Assembly (NCBI GenBank): GCA_019038705.1 | Contig: JAHOYX010000186.1 | Coordinates: 1-37,266 of the forward strand | From: Spirochaetales bacterium | GTDB lineage: Bacteria; Spirochaetota; Spirochaetia; DSM-27196; SLST01 | DNA: 37,266 bases | Reading direction: 5' to 3' | Shown: positions 16,841-26,700 of the stretch, one piece after another | How the letters are laid out: each line of letters opens with the position of its first letter | How positions within the stretch are numbered: position 1 is the first letter of the stretch | Made by a program: the position numbers and the translations under genes | The notes under the pieces: model-generated | Seen by the model: the letters and a program-made list of their open reading frames with translations, nothing else | Told to the model about the DNA's origin: nothing | Database searches by the model: none

Positions 16841-17854
16841 GTGGCCACAAAAAACAGCGTAATGGTATTCGTCCAACAGGATGACGGGATTATAGCCGAG
16901 GTCAGTATCGAATTGATCAGCAAGGCCCGAGACCTTGCCTCCAGGGTGAACGCCCCTGTGTCCGCGGTTCTGATGGGAAACGAGCTCCGGAAAGCGGCTG
17001 AGTCCCTGATTCCGTACGGCGTTGATCTGCTCTACACGGCGGAACACAAGGGGCTTGCACACTACACACCGGTTCCCTACACCAAAGTGCTCGTGGAGAT
17101 CATCAAGAAACACTCGCCGCAGATTGTGCTCTACGGCGCCACGACCACCGGCCGCGACATTGCACCGCGGATTGCATCGGCACTGCGAGTTGGTCTCACG
17201 GCCGACTGCACGGACCTTCAGATTGGAGACTACAAGTCAAAGGGCGCGCAGTTCCAGAACGTTCTCTACCAGATTCGCCCCGCATTTGGCGGGAACATCA
17301 TCGCGACCATTGTATCGCCGGAGAAGAAGCCGCAGATGGCAACCGTGCGAGAGGGCGTGATGAAGATGAGTTCGCCCGATCCGTCCTTCAAGGGTCAGAT
17401 CATTGCCGAGGACGTGAAGCTGGGTCCCGACGACTTCCCATCTGAGATTCTCGAGCGGGTCAAGGAAGAAAAGTCGGTGAATCTCAAGGGGGCACAGGTC
17501 ATTGTCGCCGGCGGAGTCGGCGTTGGCTCAAAGGAGAACTTTGACCTCATTCTCCAGCTTGCCCACACCCTCGGGGGTGAGGTGGGAGCGTCTCGAGCAG
17601 CCGTGGACGCCGGCTATGTGAGCAAGGATCACCAGGTGGGTCAGACCGGCACTACCGTGCGTCCGAAACTCTATATTGCGTGCGGCATATCGGGATCCGT
17701 ACAGCACCGCGCAGGAATGGACGAATCGGCCAGGATCATCGCAATTAACACAGACCCGGAAGCCCCGATCTTTCAAATCGCCAACTATGGCATTGTCGGC
17801 GATCTGAAAGAGGTGATTCCCCGCTTTATCAAAGCATTCAAGGCGAAGGTGTAA
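16841..17854 (+). CDS. etfA: Electron transfer flavoprotein alpha subunit (FixB family)
   Basis: 'GLTADCT', 'RPAFGGN', 'GASRAAVD', 'QVGQTG', 'GISGSVQH'. Confidence 0.93.
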   Translation: MATKNSVMVFVQQDDGIIAEVSIELISKARDLASRVNAPVSAVLMGNELRKAAESLIPYGVDLLYTAEHKGLAHYTPVPYTKVLVEIIKKHSPQIVLYGATTTGRDIAPRIASALRVGLTADCTDLQIGDYKSKGAQFQNVLYQIRPAFGGNIIATIVSPEKKPQMATVREGVMKMSSPDPSFKGQIIAEDVKLGPDDFPSEILERVKEEKSVNLKGAQVIVAGGVGVGSKENFDLILQLAHTLGGEVGASRAAVDAGYVSKDHQVGQTGTTVRPKLYIACGISGSVQHRAGMDESARIIAINTDPEAPIFQIANYGIVGDLKEVIPRFIKAFKAKV

Positions 17855-17865
17855 GGAGGCATCAC

Positions 17866-19575
17866 ATGGAGAACTTCTTCAGAGATAACGAAGACATTCT
17901 GTTCCACTTTGAGCATATGGATATCGATCGAATCATCCGACTGAAAGAGGACGATTTCCAGAACCCGGACAATTCCCCCTATGCGCCGCACGATCTGGAG
18001 GATGCGAAGGACTCGTACACGAAGGTTCTGGACATGATCGGTGAAATCTCCGGGGAGAACCTCGCACCTCAGGCTGCGGACATCGACAAGGAGGGGGTGC
18101 GTCTCATTGATGGTGAGGTTCGGTACGCCAAGGGGACACGCGAAGTGCTGGATATCTTCGCGAAGGCTGATCTCATGGGGTTCTGTTTTCCACGGAAATA
18201 TGGCGGACTCAATTTCCCCGCAATCATGCTTGCCATTGCGGCCGAGATGGTGGCCCGGGCGGACGCATCCTTTCTGAACTTCGGTTTGCAGCAAGACATC
18301 GGCGAGACGCTCAACAAGTTCGGCTCCGAGGAACTGAAGAGCAAGTACCTGCCGAAGCTGGCCACCGGTGAGTTTGGATCGTCAATGATCCTCACCGAGC
18401 CGGATGCGGGCAGTGACCTCCAGGCAGTTCGGTTACGAGCTCATCAGGATCCGGACGGCAAGTGGTACTTGAACGGGGTCAAGCGATTCATCACGAACGG
18501 AAATGGGACCATAGGCCTGGTTCTTGCGCGGAGTGAAGAATCCGCGCCCGGCGCCCGCGGCCTCTCCTTCTTCCTCTATGAGAGGGATGAGAAGATGGTC
18601 ATTCGTCGCCTGGAGGACAAACTCGGCATCCACGGCTCACCAACCTGCGAGCTGCAATTCAACAACGCCCGCGGGCACCTCGTGGGCGAAAGGAAGCGCG
18701 GACTCTCGCGATACACCATGTGGCTCATGAACAGCGCACGTATCGGTATTGCATCTCAGGCTATTGGCATTGCCGAGGCGGCGTACCGGGAGGCCAACAA
18801 GTACGCGGAGGAGCGGATTCAGTTTGGCGCGCCGGTGAAAGATCTGCCGCCGGTCTACGAAATCCTTACCGAGATGAAGATTTCCATTGAGGCCGCGCGA
18901 ACGTTGCTCTACGAAACCGCCCGCATTGTTGACCTCAAAGAGGGCCTGGAGCACTTGAAGGAGCACTATCCGGAGCGCGCGGATGAGGTCAAGTCCGATC
19001 TGAAGAATTACGCGCGGCTGACCAATATGTACACCCCGATGATCAAGGCGTATGCGACCGAGATGGCAAACAAAGTTGCCTACGACGCTATTCAGATCCA
19101 CGGCGGCACCGGCTTCATGCGAGATTTTGACGTTGAGCGCCACTATCGCGACGCGCGTATCACCAGCATCTACGAGGGTACTACTCAGCTGCAGGTTGTC
19201 GCCGCAATTGGCGGTCTCACCTCCGGCACCATCATCACTGCGTTGGATGAGTATGAGTCCGAAGACTTCTCCCACGCATCAGACCTGCACAACGTACTGC
19301 TTGCGGCCCGGAACAAGTTTGAGAAGGCCCTGGTGTACATCAAGGGCGTCGAGGATGCGGACCTCGTTTCCTATCACGCCAGACGCATGGTGGAGATGGC
19401 GATAGACCTGATCCAGAGCTACCTGCTCTTGCGTGATGCACGGCACTCCGAGCGAAAACTGAAGATTGCGGAGACGTTCATTGAGAAGATGAGCACTCGA
19501 ATCACGATGAACTCGGACTTCATTCACGATGGTGGATCCAGTCTGCTCAGGAATCACCGCGAGATCATCGGATAG
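17866..19575 (+). CDS. Acyl-CoA dehydrogenase (long form with C-terminal extension)
   Basis: 'LTEPDAGSDL', 'GVKRFITNG', 'KLGIHGSPT', 'QIHGG.G', 'IYEGTTQLQ' (catalytic Glu). Confidence 0.93.
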   Translation: MENFFRDNEDILFHFEHMDIDRIIRLKEDDFQNPDNSPYAPHDLEDAKDSYTKVLDMIGEISGENLAPQAADIDKEGVRLIDGEVRYAKGTREVLDIFAKADLMGFCFPRKYGGLNFPAIMLAIAAEMVARADASFLNFGLQQDIGETLNKFGSEELKSKYLPKLATGEFGSSMILTEPDAGSDLQAVRLRAHQDPDGKWYLNGVKRFITNGNGTIGLVLARSEESAPGARGLSFFLYERDEKMVIRRLEDKLGIHGSPTCELQFNNARGHLVGERKRGLSRYTMWLMNSARIGIASQAIGIAEAAYREANKYAEERIQFGAPVKDLPPVYEILTEMKISIEAARTLLYETARIVDLKEGLEHLKEHYPERADEVKSDLKNYARLTNMYTPMIKAYATEMANKVAYDAIQIHGGTGFMRDFDVERHYRDARITSIYEGTTQLQVVAAIGGLTSGTIITALDEYESEDFSHASDLHNVLLAARNKFEKALVYIKGVEDADLVSYHARRMVEMAIDLIQSYLLLRDARHSERKLKIAETFIEKMSTRITMNSDFIHDGGSSLLRNHREIIG

Positions 19576-19619
19576 ATCTCAGCGCCGACAGTTCCGGCGG
19601 CACCGTCAGGTACTCCGCA

Positions 19620-20072
19620 CTATCCTCTTCTCTTGAGACCGATCAGGTCCTCGAGGATTGTTGCTGAATCAGTGATGTATCTCACGCAATGCGTGTGAAA
19701 GAGGTCGTTGTCCATTGCCATCATCTGTCCGTCGATTTCCGAGATATCTGTTCCGAGCAACTGGGTGCAGCTGACGCTTCCGTGAAGCTTCTCAAATCGC
19801 TCGCGGAATTCCCGAAGAAGTTCCGACTTCTTCCGCGTGGCGTTCCCGGCTTCCTTCTCTTCGCGCAGCTTCTGATTCAGGGCCTTCAGCGCACCCGACA
19901 CAGCGCCGCAGACACTCATGGGTCGGCCGGTCATGGGTCCGCATGGCCTGAAAATGGTTTCCATCGACTTGTCGTCAAACTCGAAGAGATCGGCGTAGGC
20001 ACTCAGGATTGCGTGAGAGCAGTCGAACCCCTCCTCGAACTTCGCCAGTGCTGTCTTGACTCGTTCCTCCAT
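19620..20072 (-). CDS. C-GCAxxG-C-C family putative redox protein
   Basis: 'FDCSHAI', 'VCGAVSG', 'SVSC..LLG', terminal 'HCVRY'; RBS GGAGG. Confidence 0.8.
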   Translation of the reverse strand: MEERVKTALAKFEEGFDCSHAILSAYADLFEFDDKSMETIFRPCGPMTGRPMSVCGAVSGALKALNQKLREEKEAGNATRKKSELLREFRERFEKLHGSVSCTQLLGTDISEIDGQMMAMDNDLFHTHCVRYITDSATILEDLIGLKRRG

Positions 20073-20179
20073 GTTGCCTCCGCACGGGGAGTATACTCGG
20101 GATTCAGAACCCTGAGTACCTGCATCGGCGGATCGGTGTCCACAGCGGCGGCGATACCCGCCAATAGCGCAGGTTGTAG

Positions 20180-20208
20180 TTGTTGTTCTCAGGTCAGCAT
20201 GTTATGGT
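20180..20208 (+). promoter_or_regulatory. Putative sigma70 promoter of the regulator-stn operon
   Basis: TTGTTG-N17-TATGGT with extended -10 TG. Confidence 0.35.
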
Positions 20209-20348
20209 CTTATTCGAATTCATCGCTTGATCTGGTTCCCGGTGATTGAAACAAAACAGTTGGCATATCTGTCAGAGATAGAGGCGCGGTATCGTGCCGG
20301 AGAACCGATTCCTCGGGCTCACTACGAAGAAGACAAGAGGAGAAATCA

Positions 20349-21344
20349 TTGAAAGGCCGAGTGCTGATTATTGATGATGAAGCGGAAATTCGGAGAAACC
20401 TTACCGTGGGTCTGACTCAGGAAGGTTACACCGCCGTGGCCTGTCCCGACGGGGTTTCTGCCATCCATGAACTCGATCAATCCGGCGAGAAAGGGATGGG
20501 CTATGACTACCTGGTCACCGACATCTTCATGCCCGATATCGACGGCCTGAAGATTCTCAAGGTAATCAAGAACCAGTATCCTGATCTGCCCGTTCTGGTG
20601 ATAACAGGTTTCGGCGATGAGGGGACGAAGCTCACCGCCCTCTCTCAGCACAACACAGGCTATCTGGACAAGCCCTTTGAAATTGTCGACCTCGTGACAG
20701 CTCTCGAAGAGCTTTCCCCAGGGGCAACCACCGTACTAGAGCGAGAAGAACCTTCGGAACCGACGGATGAGGGGATCCGCGAGTCCTTCAGCGCCTATGT
20801 GACCATCAGGATAGACAATCCTGCGAGAAGCATGGCGATCTTCGATGAGCTCTACAATATGGAGGGAGTTCAGTCGTGTGAAGCGGTCAGAGGTGATGTC
20901 GATATCATTCTTCTGGCCCAGGCGCCTTCCCAGGAAGGCATCAAAGCGCTCTCCGATCGTGTTCAGGCCATAGAGGGGTTGAGTATCGCATCGGTCGCGG
21001 CCGTGGAGCGGCCAAAGCTCGATCGGGATGTCGATGAATTCATCAAGATCTATCAACAAGTGGTGAAGCGATCGACCCAAACGAGCCCGGGCAAACACCC
21101 GGGAACAACCAGCTATATCATTGTAGACATCGAGAAGGAAGCCATTCAGCAGATCTTCACCACGGTGTTCTTCATCGATGAAGTGATCTTCTGCGATGTG
21201 ATTGACGGTGGCACCAAGCTTGTGGGAATGATTACCGGCGTAGAGGCTCTTGGCCGAACCCCGAGGATCATCGAGAAACTCAATCACATCGACGGTGTGC
21301 GCCGCATACGGGAAGCAAAGATCATAAAGCTGCGCGAAGACTGA
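20349..21344 (+). CDS. Response regulator: REC domain + two Lrp/AsnC ligand-binding (RAM-like) domains, no HTH
   Basis: REC 'LIIDDE...VTDIFMP...ITGFG...DKPF'; AsnC-like 'AYVTIRI...EGVQSCEAVRGDVDIIL' and 'SYIIVDI...IDEVIFCDVIDG...IDGV'. Confidence 0.8.
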   Translation: MKGRVLIIDDEAEIRRNLTVGLTQEGYTAVACPDGVSAIHELDQSGEKGMGYDYLVTDIFMPDIDGLKILKVIKNQYPDLPVLVITGFGDEGTKLTALSQHNTGYLDKPFEIVDLVTALEELSPGATTVLEREEPSEPTDEGIRESFSAYVTIRIDNPARSMAIFDELYNMEGVQSCEAVRGDVDIILLAQAPSQEGIKALSDRVQAIEGLSIASVAAVERPKLDRDVDEFIKIYQQVVKRSTQTSPGKHPGTTSYIIVDIEKEAIQQIFTTVFFIDEVIFCDVIDGGTKLVGMITGVEALGRTPRIIEKLNHIDGVRRIREAKIIKLRED

Positions 21345-21369
21345 CGAACCGGGTTAGGTAGGAACCGCC

Positions 21370-21864
21370 ATGAGTGACAACTTCAGCTTCCGCCTCTGGC
21401 GTTATGAGGGAGAGCCGGGGGAATTGATTCCGCTGCTGCAGTCAGCTCAGAATCACTTCGGATACATACCGCGCCGAGCAATCAGATACATTTCAGGTGT
21501 TAGTGGTATTCCTGAATCGGACATATATGGTGTTATCACCTTCTACAGCCAGTTCCGGCTTCGCCCCACCGGCAGGTTGCTTATCAGAGCCTGTGACGGG
21601 ACCGCCTGCCATGTTACCGGTTCAAAACTGATTATCGAGACGATTGAAGATGAACTGGGCATCAGCGTGGGTGATACAACCGAAGACGGGCTTTTCACTC
21701 TCAATACGGTTGCCTGCATAGGGTGTTGTTCTCTTGCCCCGGTCATCATGGTAAATGAAGAGACTCACGGAAATCTCAGCCCCGTTTCCCTGAGAAAATT
21801 GCTGCGGAAGATCAAGCGCAGAGAAGAGCGCACAGAAATAACTGCTTCAAGCCACAGCCAATGA
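21370..21864 (+). CDS. stnA: NuoE/HydC-like [2Fe-2S] subunit (StnA-like)
   Basis: 'LIPLLQ..Q..FGYIP', 'YGVITFYSQF', CDGTAC and CIGCC. Confidence 0.85.
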   Translation: MSDNFSFRLWRYEGEPGELIPLLQSAQNHFGYIPRRAIRYISGVSGIPESDIYGVITFYSQFRLRPTGRLLIRACDGTACHVTGSKLIIETIEDELGISVGDTTEDGLFTLNTVACIGCCSLAPVIMVNEETHGNLSPVSLRKLLRKIKRREERTEITASSHSQ

Positions 21865-21949
21865 CCAGGTGCCTCAGTAACTCGAGATTGCCGCAGGCGT
21901 GGGTCGGGGTGGAGCCCTCCCTGGTTTTCAAGGAGATTGGAAGGTCCGG

Positions 21950-23731
21950 ATGAAGAAGATCGTTGTAGGAATGGGCACCTGTGGCCTGTCTGCGGGAGCA
22001 CAAGGGGTATACGACAAGCTGCGGGACCTGGCTGCCGGAGCGACAGGGGCTTGCGAACTCACGATCTCAGGCTGCATCGGGATGTGCTATTCGGAACCCA
22101 CCGTGGAGATCCGTGACAACGGCTCGAGAGTATTCTACGGCAATGTTACGCCGCAACGAGCAGAGAAAATCTTCAGGAGTCATGCTGAGGGCGATGAACT
22201 CCTCGCGGAAGACGAAATCATATATCTGGAGAAGGCCAACGGGACTGTAGGCGGAACCGAAGCGGCCTTTATGGCTCAACAGCAGCGAGTAGTCTTGAGG
22301 AACTGCGGAACGATCAACCCTGAATCTATCGAGGATTACGAGAACGCCGGCGGCTATCGGGGACTGCGCAAGGCTCTCCTTGAAATGACTTCCGAGGGAA
22401 TAATCCAGGAGATGAAGGACTCAGGATTGAGAGGGCGGGGTGGAGCCGGCTTCCCCACTGGACTGAAATGGTCCTTCACGGCGGGAAATGAAGCGGACAG
22501 GAAATACGTGGTCTGCAATGCGGATGAGGGAGATCCCGGCGCGTTCATGGACCGCTCCGTCCTGGAAGGAGACCCGCACTCGGTTATTGAGGGGATGATC
22601 ATTTGCGGCCGGGCAATCGGGTCCGACTTCGGCTACATCTACTGCAGAGCAGAATATCCGTTGGCAATTCACCGACTCAACCTGGCCATTGACGCCGCCA
22701 GAGAGAAGGGCTATCTCGGGAAGAACATCCTGGAATCCGGTTTCAACTTTGATCTGAAGATCAGGCAAGGCGCCGGAGCATTTGTCTGTGGCGAGGAAAC
22801 GGCCCTGTTCGCCTCCATCGAAGGCAAGAGAGGGATGCCGAGAATAAGGCCGCCGTTTCCTGCAGAGAAGGGACTCTGGCAGAAACCAACCAACAACAAC
22901 AATGTCGAGACCTTTGCCAACGTAGCCTGGATCATCGACAGGGGGGCGGCAGCCTACGCGTCCTTCGGGACCGAGAAGAGCAGAGGAACCAAGGTCTTCG
23001 CGCTTGCCGGGAAGATCAGCCGTGGCGGCCTGGTCGAGGTTCCCATGGGCACATCGATCAGCGATCTGGTCCTCGATATTGGCGGTGGCATAAAGAAGGG
23101 AGGCAAGTTCAAGGCGGTCCAGATGGGAGGGCCCTCCGGCGGCTGTATTCCTGCCGCGCTCGGTGATACGCCCGTCGATTTTGAGAACATACCGGCAACA
23201 GGGGCAATCATGGGTTCCGGCGGCATGGTCGTTCTGGACGAGAGTTCATGCATGGTCGAAATGGCGCGCTTCTTCCTGGAGTTCACCCAGAGTGAATCCT
23301 GCGGCAAATGCACCTTCTGCAGAATCGGTACCCTCAGGATGCTCGAGATCCTTGAACGGATCACCAACGGCGAAGGACAACCGGACGATATCGACAAGCT
23401 CGCCGTCCTGGGCGCCCAGATCAAGGAAGCCAGCCTCTGCGGCCTGGGACAAACCGCTCCCAATCCGGTCTTGACTACTCTCCGGTACTACCGGGATGAA
23501 TATCGGGCCCACATCGAGGACAAAACCTGCCCGGCGGGCGTCTGCTCTTCTCTGGTGGATTTCCACATAGATCCGGAGAAGTGCACAGGATGTGGTGTCT
23601 GTGCAAAGAACTGCCCCGTCCAGGCCATCTCCGGTGAGCCAAAGAAGGTCTACGTCATCGACAATTCGATTTGCGCGAAGTGCGATAGATGTGTGACCAG
23701 CTGCAGCTTTGATGCAGTGTACAAGCGTTGA
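21950..23731 (+). CDS. stnB: NuoF/HydB-like FMN/NADH-binding bifurcating subunit (StnB-like)
   Basis: N-terminal thioredoxin-like Fe-S domain; 'GRGGAGFPTG', 'NADEGDPGAFMDR', 'GAFVCGEET', 'GGPSGG', 'SCGKCTFC', two C-terminal [4Fe-4S] motifs. Confidence 0.88.
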   Translation: MKKIVVGMGTCGLSAGAQGVYDKLRDLAAGATGACELTISGCIGMCYSEPTVEIRDNGSRVFYGNVTPQRAEKIFRSHAEGDELLAEDEIIYLEKANGTVGGTEAAFMAQQQRVVLRNCGTINPESIEDYENAGGYRGLRKALLEMTSEGIIQEMKDSGLRGRGGAGFPTGLKWSFTAGNEADRKYVVCNADEGDPGAFMDRSVLEGDPHSVIEGMIICGRAIGSDFGYIYCRAEYPLAIHRLNLAIDAAREKGYLGKNILESGFNFDLKIRQGAGAFVCGEETALFASIEGKRGMPRIRPPFPAEKGLWQKPTNNNNVETFANVAWIIDRGAAAYASFGTEKSRGTKVFALAGKISRGGLVEVPMGTSISDLVLDIGGGIKKGGKFKAVQMGGPSGGCIPAALGDTPVDFENIPATGAIMGSGGMVVLDESSCMVEMARFFLEFTQSESCGKCTFCRIGTLRMLEILERITNGEGQPDDIDKLAVLGAQIKEASLCGLGQTAPNPVLTTLRYYRDEYRAHIEDKTCPAGVCSSLVDFHIDPEKCTGCGVCAKNCPVQAISGEPKKVYVIDNSICAKCDRCVTSCSFDAVYKR

Positions 23732-23742
23732 GGAGTAATGGG

Positions 23743-26700
23743 ATGGAACGCATCAAGGTCAAGATCAACGGACGGGAGTTCGAGGCCGATCCGGGAAAGA
23801 CCATCCTGGATGTCGTCCGGGACAACGAAATTGACGACATTCCGACCCTCTGTCACTCGCCCGAGCTTGATCCGTACGGGTCATGCTTTCTCTGCGTTGT
23901 CGAGGTGGAAGGACGAAACAACCTCGTGCCCGCCTGCTCCACCAGGCTCACACCGGGCATGGAAGTGCAAACGCGCAACGACCGAGTCATCGCCAGCCGT
24001 AAGACCGCGCTTGAGCTGCTCCTGTCAAACCATTATGCCGATTGTCTGGCCCCTTGCACGCTGGGCTGCCCGGCGGGCGTAGACGCCCAGGGCTATATTG
24101 CGCTCTCCGCCATGGGGCTTCATCGCGAGGCCGTGGATCTCATTCGTGAGAGGAATCCTCTGCCGGCCGTATGCGGCAGGATCTGTGTTCGCAAGTGCGA
24201 GCTTCTCTGTCGTCGTAATGATATCGATGAGCCGGTCGGTATCAACGCGATCAAACGATTTATCACGGATCTTCCCGGCATCTACGACGACGAACCGGAA
24301 TGTGCCCCGCCGAGGGAAAAATCGGTGGGCATTGTAGGCGCCGGTCCTGCCGGTCTCACCGCCGCCTGGTTCCTGGGACGCAACGGGTACAAGACGGTTA
24401 TCTATGAGGCCATGGACAAGTCGGGCGGCATGCTTCGATACGGCATCCCTGCCTACAGGCTGACAGACGCTGTGCTGGACCGGGAAGTTGATTACATCTG
24501 CAAAGCCGATGTCGAGATCAGGTATGGAGTCAGAGTCGGTCAGGATATCCCGCTGCAGACCCTCCGAGCAAACCACGACGCCGTGTTCCTGGCGGCGGGC
24601 GCCTGGGCCGGCAAAGCCATGATGGTGGAAGGGGAGTTTGAAACAGATGGCGTGGTCGGCGGGATTGAATTCCTCAGGGAGAAGACGGATGATCCTCAGC
24701 CGCTCACCGGAACCATTACGGTCATCGGCGGCGGGAACACGGCAGTGGATGCTGCCAGAACTGCCTGGCGGCTGGGCGCCGACAAAGTAATCGTGCTCTA
24801 CAGACGAACAAAGAACGAAATGCCTGCCGACGAGATGGAAATAGCGGCCTGTCTGGAGGAAGGCATCGAGATCATGGAGCTGGCTGCTCCTGTGGGCATC
24901 ATAGCGGAAGGCGGCCGGCTCACGGCCCTGCGATGCACCAGGATGAAGCTTGGAAGTCCGGATTCATCCGGCCGCCGCCGACCCATTGCACTTGAAGGCT
25001 CCGAGTTCGATCTTCCCTGCCGGACGGCGGTGGTAGCCATTGGCCAGGCTCCCGCTCTGGATGGCCTGACCTCCACAGCCGCAGGAGAGCTGGGACTGAG
25101 CCGCTGGAACACCATTGAGGTCGACTCGGACACGATGAACACCAATATCGATGGGCTTTTCGCCGGAGGTGACGCAGCCGATGACGGCCCCACCGTCGTA
25201 ATTGACGCAATCAGGGATGGACGGAAGGCTGCCGGGGCTATTCACGCCCGGTTTGGCGATGACCGGCTTCAACCCGGTTCTTTTGCGGTAGCCAAAGACT
25301 TCTGGGTGAAGCCGGGCGCCACCGAACTGGGAGAAATAACGGAGAGCCCCCGGCATGAGGTCCACACGATCAGCGTGGAGGATCGCGAGGGCAGCTTTGC
25401 CGAGGTAGCCTCGGGATTCGAGTATGAGGATAACGTTCACGAGACCGGCAGGTGCCTCTCCTGTGGGTGCGTCAAGTACGAAGATTGCCCACTGCGCCTC
25501 TATGCGGAAGAGTACGAAGTGGACATGGATCGCCACAAGGGGCATGTGAGAAAACACAAGGTGGATGACCGCCATCCGTACCTGCTCTATGACCCGAACA
25601 AGTGTGTTTTGTGTGGCCGGTGCATCCGGACCTGTGCTCGGGTGCTGCCCATCCCTGCGCTTGGGTTGATCGGCCGGGGGATCAAGACGGAAATGCGCCC
25701 GGCCATGAACGATCCTCTGGCAGAAACCAGTTGCATCAGCTGCGGTAACTGCATCGATGCCTGTCCCACGGGCGCTCTCACCTCCAAGTACGCATTTCCC
25801 GGCCGCGCTTCCTTGAGCACCAGCGACGTGGACACCTACTGCGGGTTCTGTTCCCTGGGCTGTCCCATTACAGTGAAGCGGTTTGGAGACAATCGGTACC
25901 ACATCAGCTCGGGTGGTGGCCCGGGCGCATATCTGTGCCGATACGGAAGATTCGACACCGAGCTGTTCATCAAGCAGAAGAGGATCGTGAATCCCGTGGT
26001 GCGTTCAGGCAGTCAGTACCGTGAGGTAGGTTTTGAAGAGGCGTATGGCACGATTGTCGACGCAATGAAAGAAGCTGCGGAAACCCATGGGGCTGAAAGC
26101 GTGGCTGTCTTTGCCTCCCCGGAGCTGACCAATGAGGAACTCTACCTGGCCGGTCGGATTGCCAGAGAGGGATTGAAAACCAACAACATAGGTTCCTTTT
26201 CTGTCCTCTCAAGCGGGAAAGCACCCGGCGTCCTGGATCCCTTCTTTGGCTTCACGGCTTCCACCGCTGACCGGACTGCTCTGGCCGACGCTGATCTGAT
26301 TGTCTGCAGCAACACCAGTCTGGAATCGGATCATCTGATCCTCTCCGTCGACGTGAACGCGGCAGTGAGAACGGGAACGAAGCTCATTGTCGCCAATTCC
26401 ACGCTCACCGCAAACGACAGTTTCTTCGCCTCTCTGGCCATGGATCCAATGAGGGGAAGTGGCTCCGCCCTGTGGAACGGCGTGCTCCAGATGCTGCTGG
26501 ATTCCGATCGCTTCAAAGGTGTGGAAGACCTGCCGGGGGGGAGCGAGTTTCTGGACACCCGAGATTTCACCTCAGAGCGCGTTTCAGAGCTCACGGGGGT
26601 CAGCGCAGAGAACATTGGTCAGGCGGCAGAACTGCTCGGCGAAGCGCAGAGGGTAGTCTTCATTCATAGTCCTGACAGAGTTCAGGATCAGGCGCCGGGA

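Noticed and set aside
21862-21864. Selenocysteine read-through of TGA stops in the redox operon
   Set aside because: Read-through of the stnA stop gives no meaningful sequence, the proteins look complete, and there is no internal TGA at the FDH catalytic site of stnC.
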